Shown: positions 1-8,518 of the stretch, piece by piece | How the letters are laid out: the number at the start of each line of letters is the position of its first letter | Numbering within the stretch: position 1 is the stretch's first letter | From: Acidimicrobiales bacterium | Lineage (GTDB): Bacteria > Actinomycetota > Acidimicrobiia > Acidimicrobiales > AC-14 | NCBI GenBank assembly: GCA_036264885.1 | Contig: DATAQC010000047.1 | Coordinates: 2,105 to 66,104, forward strand | DNA length: 64,000 bases | Direction: 5' to 3' | Notes under the pieces: generated by a model | Database searches by the model: none | Told to the model about the DNA's origin: nothing | The model's input: the letters and a program-made list of their open reading frames with translations, nothing else | Made by a program: the position numbers and the translations under genes

Positions 1-28
1 GTCACCCGGCGCTCTGGGATGCTGAAGA

Positions 29-310
29 GTGACCATGCCGCAGCGGTTCCAACGATCACGTCGCAAGGGGGCGCGCCTGCCGGCGGGCGTCGTCGTGGTG
101 ACGCGGCCGACCAAGTGGGGAAATCCGCATCCCCTGGACCTCGGTCGGGAGGAGGCGGTACGCCGGTACCGTGAGGATCTGCTCGCCGGGCGGTTGGGGG
201 TCACCGTCGAAGACGCCGAACGGGAACTTGGCGGCCGCGACCTGGCGTGTTACTGCCCGCTCGACGGGCCCTGCCACGCCGACATCCTCCTGGAGGTTGC
301 CAACAGGTGA
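29..310 (+). CDS. DUF4326-like small protein
   Basis: 93-aa ORF. It contains WGNPH and C-terminal CYCPLDGPCHADILL motifs that I associate with the DUF4326 family. Confidence 0.55.
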   Translation: MTMPQRFQRSRRKGARLPAGVVVVTRPTKWGNPHPLDLGREEAVRRYREDLLAGRLGVTVEDAERELGGRDLACYCPLDGPCHADILLEVANR

Positions 311-355
311 TTCTTGCCGTCGTCGGTGGCGGTTGCGGAGCTCGCGCAGCTGATG

Positions 356-1330
356 CTAGAGGATGCCCTCGCTGACCAGCGCCGGCCGCAACTCATCGGT
401 GAACCACCGAGTGAACGACTCCTGGTGGTCGCCGCCGATCTGCACGATCGCCACCTCGGTGAAGGCGGCATCGACGAACTTCCGGATGGCCTCGACGTGG
501 CGGTCGACGTCGGGCCCGCACGGGATGCTCCCGGCGACGTCGTCGGGGGTCACGAACTGGGAAGCAGCGGCGAACGCCGGCGGGCCCGGCAGCTCGGCGT
601 TGATCTTCCAGCCCCCACCGAACCACCGGAACTGCTCGTGGGCTCGCTTCACGGCCGCGCCCTCGTCGGCGTCGTAGCAGACCGGCACCTGTCCGACGCG
701 GGGCTTGCCGCTCCCGCCGGCGGCGTCGAAGGCCTCGCCCAGGTTCGGGTCGGGCTCGACGGCGATCATGAGATCGCCCAGCTCTCCGGCCAGGCGACAC
801 GACTGCGTTCCCGACACGGCGATGCCGACAGGTGGGAGTTGATCGGGAAGATCCCAGATCTTTGCCGACTGCACATCGAAGAACTCCCCGCTGCGCGTCA
901 CGTACCCACCCCGAAACAAGGCCTGGATGATCTCCACTGCCTCCCTGAGCATCCGGTGGCGCACGTCCACCGCCGGCCAGCCTCCTCCCACCACATGCTC
1001 GTTCAGGTTCTCGCCCGCCCCGAGGCCCAGAGTGAAACGGCCCTCGGAGAGGAGCTGCATGGTGGCCGCCGCCTGGGCGATGACGGTCGGGTGGTAGCGC
1101 ATGATCGGGCAAGTCACGTAGGTCATCACCGGGATCCGCTCGGTGGCCTGGACTGCGGCGCCCAGGACCGACCAGGCGTAGGGCGCGTGACCCTGGCTGT
1201 CGAGCCACGGGAAGTAGTGATCGGAGATCACCGCGAAGTCGAACCCCGCCTTCTCGGCCCGGACCAGGTCACCCACAAGCTGTCTCGGGCCCGCCTGCTC
1301 CGTCATCATGGTGTAGCCGATCTTGGTCAT
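356..1330 (-). CDS. LLM-class F420-dependent oxidoreductase (G6PDH-related family)
   Basis: 324 aa. The N-terminus MTKIGYTMMTEQ..LV..AEKAGFDFAVISDHYFPW is typical of luciferase-like F420-dependent oxidoreductases. Confidence 0.8.
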   Translation of the reverse strand: MTKIGYTMMTEQAGPRQLVGDLVRAEKAGFDFAVISDHYFPWLDSQGHAPYAWSVLGAAVQATERIPVMTYVTCPIMRYHPTVIAQAAATMQLLSEGRFTLGLGAGENLNEHVVGGGWPAVDVRHRMLREAVEIIQALFRGGYVTRSGEFFDVQSAKIWDLPDQLPPVGIAVSGTQSCRLAGELGDLMIAVEPDPNLGEAFDAAGGSGKPRVGQVPVCYDADEGAAVKRAHEQFRWFGGGWKINAELPGPPAFAAASQFVTPDDVAGSIPCGPDVDRHVEAIRKFVDAAFTEVAIVQIGGDHQESFTRWFTDELRPALVSEGIL

Positions 1331-1404
1331 CTTCCAGCCCTACCCGCTTTGATCCAAAGTTCCCCTCCTGCCGCCGAGGCGCGCCCGCTTCGTGTGTTCT
1401 CAGT

Positions 1405-2454
1405 TCAGTTGGCTCGCCGGGTGACCCACCAGTAGCAGCCGATGACAGCGACGAGGGCGAGGGCGACGTAGATGGCGGCTTCGAGCCACTGGAAGGTCCA
1501 GTAGCGGTCGGCTGGCTGATAGGTCACCGCGAAGTGGAACACGCCCGCCGCCTGCTGGCGGCAGGTTTCGAACGCGCTGGGGTCGCCGGGGAACTTGCCC
1601 ACCTGGCCTGGCGCCACTGAAGGGTGGGCGATGGTCGGGCAGTACTGGTTGATGAAGGCACCCCGTTGGGCGGCGCTGGCGGCGTCGCCGGCGCTGGTGA
1701 CGATCCGGCTGGACTGGATCCAGGCGTTGGGGATGTCGGCCCCCCGGGCGACGAGGTCGACGGTCCCGTTGCCTGTGGCGGTGAAGCCGAAACGTCCGGC
1801 GGAGAGCAGTGAGAGCGACTTGTGGACGGGAGCGAGGAGATGCGGCCGGACCCACGCGGTGATGGCGATGCGGGTGAAGGCGAAGCCGCCGAGCGTGGCG
1901 GCCATCGCCGGCAGCACCCGGCGGATCACCGCCCCGAGGAACGCGCCGAGGGCGAAGGCGAAAACGGCGTAGGCAACCGGCGCCAGGTCCCGCCTGTCGA
2001 ACAGGCCGAACCGGTTGGCGCCGACCTTGTCCACGGCTCGGAACCACCAGGTGGTCGTGAGCGTCAACAGGCCGGCGGTGGCGACCGCGCTGGCGCCCAC
2101 GAGGAGCAGCTTCGTGGTCAGCCATCGGGTGCGGGTGACGCCCTGGGTCCAGGCGAGGCGGTAGGTGCCGGTTTCCAGCTCGCGGGCGAGGAGCGGGGCA
2201 CCCCAGAAGATGCCGACGAGGGCGGGCGCCAAGCGCAGGATGAGCTCGAAACCGTTCTGGAGCCAGCTGTAGTGCGCCGAGAACTGCTCGCTGGCGAGTC
2301 CGCAGGCATCCGTGGCGGCGCAGGGGGCGACGAGGCTGTCGTAGAGGTGAGAGAGGCGGATGCCGGTGATGGCGGCGACGACGGCCAGCGCGGCGAGGGC
2401 GGCGAGGGTGGTCAGGGTCTGGGTTCTGGATTGCAGCCAGGCGAAGCGGGTCAT
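1405..2454 (-). CDS. ABC transporter permease (ABC-2 type)
   Basis: Multi-TM protein. I trimmed the track ORF (1405..2664) to the internal ATG (MTRFAWLQSRTQ...), which overlaps the upstream ATPase stop as ATGA at 2451-2454. The Arg/Pro-rich N-terminal extension looks non-coding. Confidence 0.65.
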   Translation of the reverse strand: MTRFAWLQSRTQTLTTLAALAALAVVAAITGIRLSHLYDSLVAPCAATDACGLASEQFSAHYSWLQNGFELILRLAPALVGIFWGAPLLARELETGTYRLAWTQGVTRTRWLTTKLLLVGASAVATAGLLTLTTTWWFRAVDKVGANRFGLFDRRDLAPVAYAVFAFALGAFLGAVIRRVLPAMAATLGGFAFTRIAITAWVRPHLLAPVHKSLSLLSAGRFGFTATGNGTVDLVARGADIPNAWIQSSRIVTSAGDAASAAQRGAFINQYCPTIAHPSVAPGQVGKFPGDPSAFETCRQQAAGVFHFAVTYQPADRYWTFQWLEAAIYVALALVAVIGCYWWVTRRAN

Positions 2455-3347
2455 CGTGCCACCGCCAGTCGGGTGGTGGAGGGTGTGCCGGCGTCTCGGG
2501 CTTGGCGCATGTAGGCGAGGATGATGTCGTCGAGGCTGACGGGCGTGACGGTCCAGGCCGGATCGAGAACCGGTTGGTCGGTACGCACCAACAGGGTGGT
2601 CTGCTTGTCGAGGTGACTTGCCTCGATCACTGTCTGGTTGGCGGGGAGGCTGGATGGATCGCATCGGGGGCCGATGAGGCGACGGTGGGATGCCAGCAGG
2701 GCCTCGACCTCGCCGGTGAGGGCGACGTGTCCGGTGGCGAGCACCACGAGGTAGTCACAGACCCGCTCGAGGTCGGCAATCTGATGGGAGGACAGCACCA
2801 CGCCGACGCCGTGGGAGGCGACGACCTCCATCAAGCCTTGGAGGAACTCGCGGGTCGCCAGCGGATCGAGGCTGGCAACCGGTTCGTCGAGCAGGAGCAG
2901 CTCCGGTCGTTTGGCCACCGCGAGGGTGAGCGCCAGCTGGGCCTGCTGTCCGCCGGAGAGGGTGCCGGCACGCTGCCGCAGATCGAGCCCGAGCTCGTCG
3001 ACCCGCGTGCGTGCGAACCCGTCGTCCCACCCCTGGTTGAGCCACCCGCCCATCCGCAGGTGCTGCGCCACCGTCAACCGGGCATACGTGGGGCTGTCCT
3101 GGGCGAGGAACCCGACTCGCGCCAGCGCCGCCGGCCCGGAGCCGGGACGGTCCCCGAGCACGGCGATGGTGCCGGCACTGGGCGCCAGCAGCCCCACGGC
3201 CAGATGGAGCAGCGTCGTCTTGCCGGCGCCGTTGGGACCGACCAGGCCGACGACCTTCCCGGCCGGGATCGACAGCGTGCAGTCCGACAGAGCCCATCGG
3301 CGGCCATAGCTCTTACCCAGACCGACCGTCTCCAACATGGCTGTCAT
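2451..3347 (-). CDS. ABC transporter ATP-binding protein
   Basis: Walker A GPNGAGKTT, signature LSGGQQ and Walker B LLLLDEP are present. It is coupled to the GntR gene upstream and the permease downstream. Confidence 0.9.
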   Translation of the reverse strand: MTAMLETVGLGKSYGRRWALSDCTLSIPAGKVVGLVGPNGAGKTTLLHLAVGLLAPSAGTIAVLGDRPGSGPAALARVGFLAQDSPTYARLTVAQHLRMGGWLNQGWDDGFARTRVDELGLDLRQRAGTLSGGQQAQLALTLAVAKRPELLLLDEPVASLDPLATREFLQGLMEVVASHGVGVVLSSHQIADLERVCDYLVVLATGHVALTGEVEALLASHRRLIGPRCDPSSLPANQTVIEASHLDKQTTLLVRTDQPVLDPAWTVTPVSLDDIILAYMRQARDAGTPSTTRLAVAR

Positions 3348-3736
3348 GCCGCACCTTCGGCGGCGCAGTCGCGCACGGCGGTCCGGTAGATCGCCTCGAT
3401 CTCATCCGACGTCAACCCCGCGCTCCTCGCCGAACGCAACCACGCCGCCATCGACCGACGGAACTGGGCCTGCGCTTCGGGGTCGGTCCGCGGCAGCGTC
3501 GCCACCACGAACGTGCCCATGCCGGGGCGGGCCCGGACCAACCCGGCTCTCTCGAGATCACGGTAGGCCTTCAGCACCGTGTTGGGGTTGATGGCGAGTG
3601 ACGCCACGACCTGCTGCGCGGTCGGCAGCCGGTCTCCGGGCTCGAGCAGACCGAGCTGGAGCGCTTGGTTGACCTGCTGCACCAGCTGCATGTAGGTCGC
3701 CACCCCCGACGACGGGTCCAGGTGGAACTCGATCAC
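3344..3736 (-). CDS. GntR-family transcriptional regulator (YtrA-like, short)
   Basis: 130 aa. Winged-HTH segment LPTAQQVVASLAINPNTVLKAYRDLERAGLV. First gene of a GntR-ABC-permease operon, with a 4-nt overlap onto the ATPase gene. Confidence 0.85.
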   Translation of the reverse strand: MIEFHLDPSSGVATYMQLVQQVNQALQLGLLEPGDRLPTAQQVVASLAINPNTVLKAYRDLERAGLVRARPGMGTFVVATLPRTDPEAQAQFRRSMAAWLRSARSAGLTSDEIEAIYRTAVRDCAAEGAA

Positions 3737-3828
3737 GCTTCACCCTTTCACTAACAGGTTAGTGAAAGCATGCTTGAGTCGGACGGGAAAGTCAAGGGGT
3801 TGCCAGTGGTCAGGCTGGTCGAAATGGT

Positions 3829-4257
3829 TTGGTCACTCGTGCCGGTAGCGTCAACAAGGTGAGTACCGAGGGATCCGGCGCCAGCGTCTACGACGCCGTC
3901 GGCGGCCGGTCGTTCTTCGTCGAGCTGGTCGACGGCTTCTACGCCGGGGTGAGCGTCGATCCGCTCCTACGCCCCATGTACCCGGAGGACCTCACCGATG
4001 CCCGGCGTCACCTGGCGGGCTTCCTGACGCAGTACTGGGGTGGGCCCTCCACCTACAGCGACGAGCGGGGGCACCCACGCCTGCGCATGCGGCACGCACC
4101 CTTCGTCATCGGGGAGGCGGAGCGCGACGCATGGCTGGTACACATGCTTGGGTCCCTGGAGGCGGTCGCCGCCACCCGGGGGACGCCCGTGGAGGCGGTG
4201 GCGCGCATCCGGACGTACCTCACCGACGTGGCCGACTTCCTCGTCAACGCCCGCTGA
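3829..4257 (+). CDS. glbO: Group II truncated hemoglobin
   Basis: Contains [44 protein letters not shown] and RDAWL, which are classical trHbO motifs. The exact start is uncertain and an internal start is possible. Confidence 0.85.
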   Translation: MVTRAGSVNKVSTEGSGASVYDAVGGRSFFVELVDGFYAGVSVDPLLRPMYPEDLTDARRHLAGFLTQYWGGPSTYSDERGHPRLRMRHAPFVIGEAERDAWLVHMLGSLEAVAATRGTPVEAVARIRTYLTDVADFLVNAR

Positions 4258-4311
4258 CGGCCGGCGCGGAGTCCGAGGACGCTCGGCGTCCCACCAGGTC
4301 TGATCGGGCGA

Positions 4312-5778
4312 TCAGGTTCTGCGCCGGCCGAGGTCGGCGGTGGTCCAGAAGCCTGGGGCGGGGGCATCGGTGTGGCCGCCTTTGGCGTAGCGCCGGAGCC
4401 GCTCGCGCCCTTGGGGCGACAGCAGGTCGACGATGTCGAAGACCACCGAGGGGCCGGCGGCGCGCAGGGCGGTGTCGGCCTCGCTCGGGCGGCGGGGCAG
4501 GGCGGTGGTGAGCAGCACGAGGGGGGCACCGGCAGTGTCGCGGCCGTTGACGGCAGCCGCCCGTCCCAGCGCCTTCCACACCGCGTCGGTGCGCGCCATG
4601 CCGTCGCGGTGGCGGCTGAAGGGGCCCACCACGTCGAACAACCACGGGCCGCCGTCGCCGTCGGTGGCGGTGAAGGCGATCGTCACCCCCGTCCGGGGGA
4701 TGCGCCGATCACTGCCGGTGACGGTGTAGCCGGCCTCGACCAGGGCCTCGCCGGCGACGCGCGACGCGGTCTTGCCCTCCTCCTCGGCGATGCGCCGCAG
4801 GTTTGGGTCGCCGCCAGGATCACGAGCGGTTTGGACGGCGACGGCGGCTGATGACTCGGCGACCCGGTGGCGCGCCAGGTCGACGTAGGCGGGATCGAGG
4901 TCGTAGCCCACGTAGCGGCGACCGAGGCCGGCGGCGGCGACCATGGCCGAGCCGCTGCCCATGAACGGGTCCAGCACCAGGTCGTCGACGTAGGTGTAGA
5001 GCTCGATGAGCCGGGCCGGCAGCTCGACGGGGAAGGGTGCCGGGTGCCCTACGCGCCGGGCGCTCTCGGGCGGGATCGACCAGAGGTCGAGTGTCAGGGC
5101 CATGAAGTCGTCGGTGCCCAGCTCGCTGCGGTGAGGCAGGCCCTCGGCCTGGCGACGGGCGACTGACCGGGCCCGGTCGAACCGCCCCTTGCTGGCCACC
5201 ACGACACGCTCGGTGATGTCGCGGAGCACCGGGTTGGCAGGACTGCGGAACGACCCCCAGGCGCACGAGCCGCTGGCCCCTTCCCCCTTCTGCCAGATGA
5301 GCTCGCCCCGCAACAGCAGCCCCAGGTCGTGGACGAGGATGCGGGTGACGTCGGCCGAGAGGCTGCGGTAGGGCTTGCGCCCCAGGTTGGCCACGTTGAC
5401 GGCGATCCGCCCGCCCGGCTCCAGGGTGCGGACGCACTCGGCGAACACGGCGGTGAGCAGGTCGAGGTACTCGAGATACGACGAGGGCACGCCGTCGCGC
5501 TGGAGCTCCTCCTCGTACTGCTTGCCGGCGAAGTACGGGGGCGACGTGACCACCAGCGCCACCGAGGCGTCGGCCACCGCGTCCATCGACCGGGCGTCGC
5601 CGCGGATGAACGGCTCGGAAACCGGCTGGGGCGCGGCGACGACGTCGTCGTCGCTGAGCTCGGGGGGTCGGAAACGGTCGTAGAAAGCGGTGGCGTCGTG
5701 GCTCTCCCGGCGGCCCACGCCGAAGTTCGAAGTCGACGTACGCCGGCGCTGCTCCACACGGCCACCTCCTGCGCCCAC
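4312..5778 (-). CDS. Site-specific DNA methyltransferase (beta-class N4/N6) with an uncharacterised ~170-aa C-terminal domain
   Basis: Motif IV TSPPY lies upstream of motif I DPFMGSGS, the beta-class permutation. After about residue 315 the sequence (DPNLRRIAEEEGK...FDVVGPFS...) matches nothing I recognise. Confidence 0.8.
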   Translation of the reverse strand: MGAGGGRVEQRRRTSTSNFGVGRRESHDATAFYDRFRPPELSDDDVVAAPQPVSEPFIRGDARSMDAVADASVALVVTSPPYFAGKQYEEELQRDGVPSSYLEYLDLLTAVFAECVRTLEPGGRIAVNVANLGRKPYRSLSADVTRILVHDLGLLLRGELIWQKGEGASGSCAWGSFRSPANPVLRDITERVVVASKGRFDRARSVARRQAEGLPHRSELGTDDFMALTLDLWSIPPESARRVGHPAPFPVELPARLIELYTYVDDLVLDPFMGSGSAMVAAAGLGRRYVGYDLDPAYVDLARHRVAESSAAVAVQTARDPGGDPNLRRIAEEEGKTASRVAGEALVEAGYTVTGSDRRIPRTGVTIAFTATDGDGGPWLFDVVGPFSRHRDGMARTDAVWKALGRAAAVNGRDTAGAPLVLLTTALPRRPSEADTALRAAGPSVVFDIVDLLSPQGRERLRRYAKGGHTDAPAPGFWTTADLGRRRT

Positions 5779-5869
5779 AGAGTAGGTGGCGGCGGTGGGC
5801 GTGACCGCCCACGGCGCCGCCGGCCCGACGCGACGCGCGACTCGGCCGGTGGGTTGCTAGCTTTCGCCG

Positions 5870-6532
5870 GTGTCCGGGGCAAAGCGAGATCGCAAGAGGG
5901 AGGGCCGCCAGGCTCGCCTCGCCGCCCTCGAGGCGGCCCGGCGCAAGGCGGCACGGCGTCGCCAGATCGTGGTGGCCGTCGCCGTCGCCGTCGTCGCCGT
6001 CATCGTGATCGCATTGATCAGCCGAGGCGGGTCCGACAAGAAGAAGGTGGCCACCGCGAACACGAGCTCGACCCCAGGTGCCACCCGGGCGACGGTGCCG
6101 CCGACGTCGTCAGCGGCCTCGGCGGCGGGAAAGCCCTGCGTCGCCATGTCCGACCCCGCCCCGAACGGCGCGCCGACGGTGCCCGTGAAGGTGGGACCGC
6201 CACCGACGGACCTGGTCAAGGAGGACCTGAAGGTCGGTACCGGCCCACCCGTCACCAAGGACGAGACGGTCACCGTCAACTACATCGGTGTGGCGTGTAC
6301 GACGGGCAAGGTGTTCGACTCGTCGTACTCCCGCAACCAGACGGCGACCTTCCCCCTCAGCGGCGTCATCAAGGGCTGGCAGGACGGCATCCCCGGCATG
6401 AACGTGGGCGGTCAGCGGCTGCTCGGCATCCCCTCGGCGATGGCGTACGGAGCCCAGGGAAGCCCTCCGACCATCGGGCCCGACGAGCCCCTGTGGTTCG
6501 TTGTCGACGTGGTGGACGCCAAGGCCGCCTGA
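5870..6532 (+). CDS. FKBP-type peptidyl-prolyl cis-trans isomerase, membrane-anchored
   Basis: Basic N-terminus plus a TM helix. The C-terminal FKBP core reads VTVNYIGV..GKVFDSSY...VIKGW..G..GM.VGG.R...IP...AYG. Confidence 0.85.
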   Translation: MSGAKRDRKREGRQARLAALEAARRKAARRRQIVVAVAVAVVAVIVIALISRGGSDKKKVATANTSSTPGATRATVPPTSSAASAAGKPCVAMSDPAPNGAPTVPVKVGPPPTDLVKEDLKVGTGPPVTKDETVTVNYIGVACTTGKVFDSSYSRNQTATFPLSGVIKGWQDGIPGMNVGGQRLLGIPSAMAYGAQGSPPTIGPDEPLWFVVDVVDAKAA

Positions 6533-6533
6533 T

Positions 6534-6836
6534 CTAGCCCGGCGGCGGCTGCAGGCCCTTGACCAGCTTGTCGGTCTCGGTCTCGTTGAACGCCCGCATG
6601 GTCGTGATGTCGAGGCTGCCGGTCAGGCCCATGAGGGCGAACCTGGCCATGGTCTCGTCGTCGGGGGCCTCCACGACGGTCACCACGTCGTACTCACCCA
6701 TCACCAGGTACTGCTGCTTCCAGGTGATGCCCATGGCCTTGGCCGCCTTCTTACCGGCAGCCCGCCCGGCGTGGGAATCCTTGATCGAATCCACGCCCGG
6801 ACTGATGAACTTCATCATCATGATGTAGGTGCCCAT
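6534..6836 (-). CDS. GYD-domain protein
   Basis: 100 aa starting MGTYIMMMKF and containing ...MGEYD.V.VVEAPDDETMARF. I trimmed it from the 271-aa track ORF. Confidence 0.75.
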   Translation of the reverse strand: MGTYIMMMKFISPGVDSIKDSHAGRAAGKKAAKAMGITWKQQYLVMGEYDVVTVVEAPDDETMARFALMGLTGSLDITTMRAFNETETDKLVKGLQPPPG

Positions 6837-6871
6837 TGTCGCTTCTCCTTCTTCTCCGGCGGCGGTTCGGT

Positions 6872-7057
6872 TCAGTCGTCGGCTGCGCCGGGGGCGGGGA
6901 GTCGGGGCGGAGTCTGCGGGTCGGGCCACTCGCCTCCACCTTGGGCCTCCTCGGCGCCCACGGCCTGCTGGACGGGCGTCTCGACGCCGTCCTCGGTCTC
7001 GAGCTCCTCGCCCCGCACCAGCTTCGGCTGCGACTCCGGGCTCTGTGGGTCGGTCAT
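6872..7057 (-). CDS. Small acidic protein (61 aa), hypothetical
   Basis: Its ATG overlaps the sigma-factor stop as ATGA at 7054-7057. Third codon positions are almost all G/C when read by eye. I see no recognisable homology. Confidence 0.35.
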   Translation of the reverse strand: MTDPQSPESQPKLVRGEELETEDGVETPVQQAVGAEEAQGGGEWPDPQTPPRLPAPGAADD

Positions 7058-8004
7058 GCCGACAGAAGGTCGCGCACGCCTCGGCTGGCCGACCGGCGCA
7101 GCTTGGCGATGGCCTTGACCTCGACCTGACGGACTCCTTCGCGGGTGAGGCCGAAGCGCTCCCCCACCTCTTCCAGGGTGCGGGGCTTGCCCCGGTCGAG
7201 GCCGTAGCGCAGGCACAGCACCTCGCGCTCACGGGGCTCGAGCTGGGCCAGCAGGGCCGTGACCTGGGCGGGCAGCATGGCCGTGAAGACGGCTTCGTCG
7301 GGCGCTGCGGCTGTCGTGTCCTCGACCAGGTCGGCCAGCTCGGCGTCACCGTCGGACAGGCGTTCGGACAGCGACACCGGCTCGGCCAGGAACGGTGTGA
7401 GCTCCTGGATCTTCGTGGGTGTCATCCCCAGGGCCTGGCTGACCTCGTCAGGACGGGGCATGCGGCCCAGTTGCACCTCGAGGGAGGCGTTGGTCATGCG
7501 GATGGCGAGGAGCTGGTCGCCGGCGTGCACGGGCAGGCGAATGGCGCGCCCGGTGTTGGCGATGCCCCGGGCGATGGTCTGGCGTATCCACCACGTGGCG
7601 TAGGTCGAGAACTTGAAGCCCCGCCGCGGGTCGAAGCGCTCGACGGCGTGCATGAGGCCGAAGTTGCCCTCCTGGATGAGGTCGAGGAGGGGGAGACCGG
7701 AGGCCTGGTACTTCTTGGCGATGGACACGACGAGACGGAGGTTGGCCCGCACGAACCGCCCGGTTGCCTCGTCGCCCGCCTTGACCTCGGCTTCGAGATG
7801 GGCCCGCCGCTGGTCGTCCTGGACCCGTCCGCTGGCCAGTTCCTCCGCGGCCTTCCGTCCGGCGCCGACGGCCTCACCAAGGGTGACCTCGTCGGCTCTG
7901 GTCAGCAACGCGTACTTGCCGATGTCCTTCAGGTAGAGCTGGAGGAGATCCTCCTCCTCGCCGCTCCGACCCCCCTGATTGACCAAAGAAGCCCTCCTGT
8001 ACAC
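7054..8004 (-). CDS. RNA polymerase sigma-70 family factor, group 1/2-like (SigB-like)
   Basis: 316 aa. Contains LYLKDIGK, region 2 FKFSTYATWWIRQTI, IRLPVH and a region 4 HTH EEVGERFGLTREGVRQ. Confidence 0.9.
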   Translation of the reverse strand: MYRRASLVNQGGRSGEEEDLLQLYLKDIGKYALLTRADEVTLGEAVGAGRKAAEELASGRVQDDQRRAHLEAEVKAGDEATGRFVRANLRLVVSIAKKYQASGLPLLDLIQEGNFGLMHAVERFDPRRGFKFSTYATWWIRQTIARGIANTGRAIRLPVHAGDQLLAIRMTNASLEVQLGRMPRPDEVSQALGMTPTKIQELTPFLAEPVSLSERLSDGDAELADLVEDTTAAAPDEAVFTAMLPAQVTALLAQLEPREREVLCLRYGLDRGKPRTLEEVGERFGLTREGVRQVEVKAIAKLRRSASRGVRDLLSA

Positions 8005-8056
8005 GACGAACGTACCAAAGGTGCGGGCATTGCGCCGGACGGCTCCGCCCTGCCCG

Positions 8057-8509
8057 TCACCCCGGGCGGTCGAAGCGCATGACCAAGAAGACGCCCTCGT
8101 CGTCGCGACCGACCTCGCAGGACGTGGTCACCCGGTCGATGAGCCACAACCCCCGGCCTCGCTCGGCCATCGGGGGAGGGGCCTGGCGGATGCTGGAGCG
8201 CAGGTCGAAACCCGGGCCGGCGTCCCACACCCTGACGACCAGACACGACCGGTCGAGTACGAGGTCGGCCCGCACCGCCGCTCCCCCGTGACGGCGGGCG
8301 TTGACGAGTGCCTCGTGGACGGCCAAGACGACGTCGTCGGTGCTTCCCTCCCACCCGGCGTCGGTGAGGAAGGCCTCCACGTCACGCCGAGCGGCGCCGG
8401 GCTCCAGAGGCAAGACGATGGGTTCAGCGAACTGGGACACCGTCATTGCACCTTCTCCCGGCGTTCTCGGTGGTCTGTGGATACTCTCCCCCGGAACCGA
8501 CTGCCTCAA
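8057..8509 (-). CDS. Anti-sigma regulatory factor, RsbW-like HATPase_c serine kinase
   Basis: 150 aa. N-box-like HEALVNARRH, then VWDAGPGF and ERGRGLWLI motifs. It lies immediately upstream of the sigma gene. Confidence 0.75.
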   Translation of the reverse strand: MRQSVPGESIHRPPRTPGEGAMTVSQFAEPIVLPLEPGAARRDVEAFLTDAGWEGSTDDVVLAVHEALVNARRHGGAAVRADLVLDRSCLVVRVWDAGPGFDLRSSIRQAPPPMAERGRGLWLIDRVTTSCEVGRDDEGVFLVMRFDRPG

Positions 8510-8518
8510 TCCCGCAGG

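Noticed and set aside
1405-2664. Long N-terminal extensions in track ORFs (also 12039.., 18506.., 27281.., 36186.., 49692.., 59364.., 6534..7349, 32900..34453, 48499..49716, 51381..52211)
   Set aside because: The extensions are Arg/Pro-rich, overlap upstream genes or lie antisense to real genes. Internal starts give proteins beginning where family homology begins, often with ATGA or GTGA coupling or a Shine-Dalgarno sequence.
4312-5778. Methyltransferase as part of a restriction-modification or other defence system
   Set aside because: No endonuclease, specificity subunit, helicase or other defence gene lies within several kb on either side. I treated it as an orphan.
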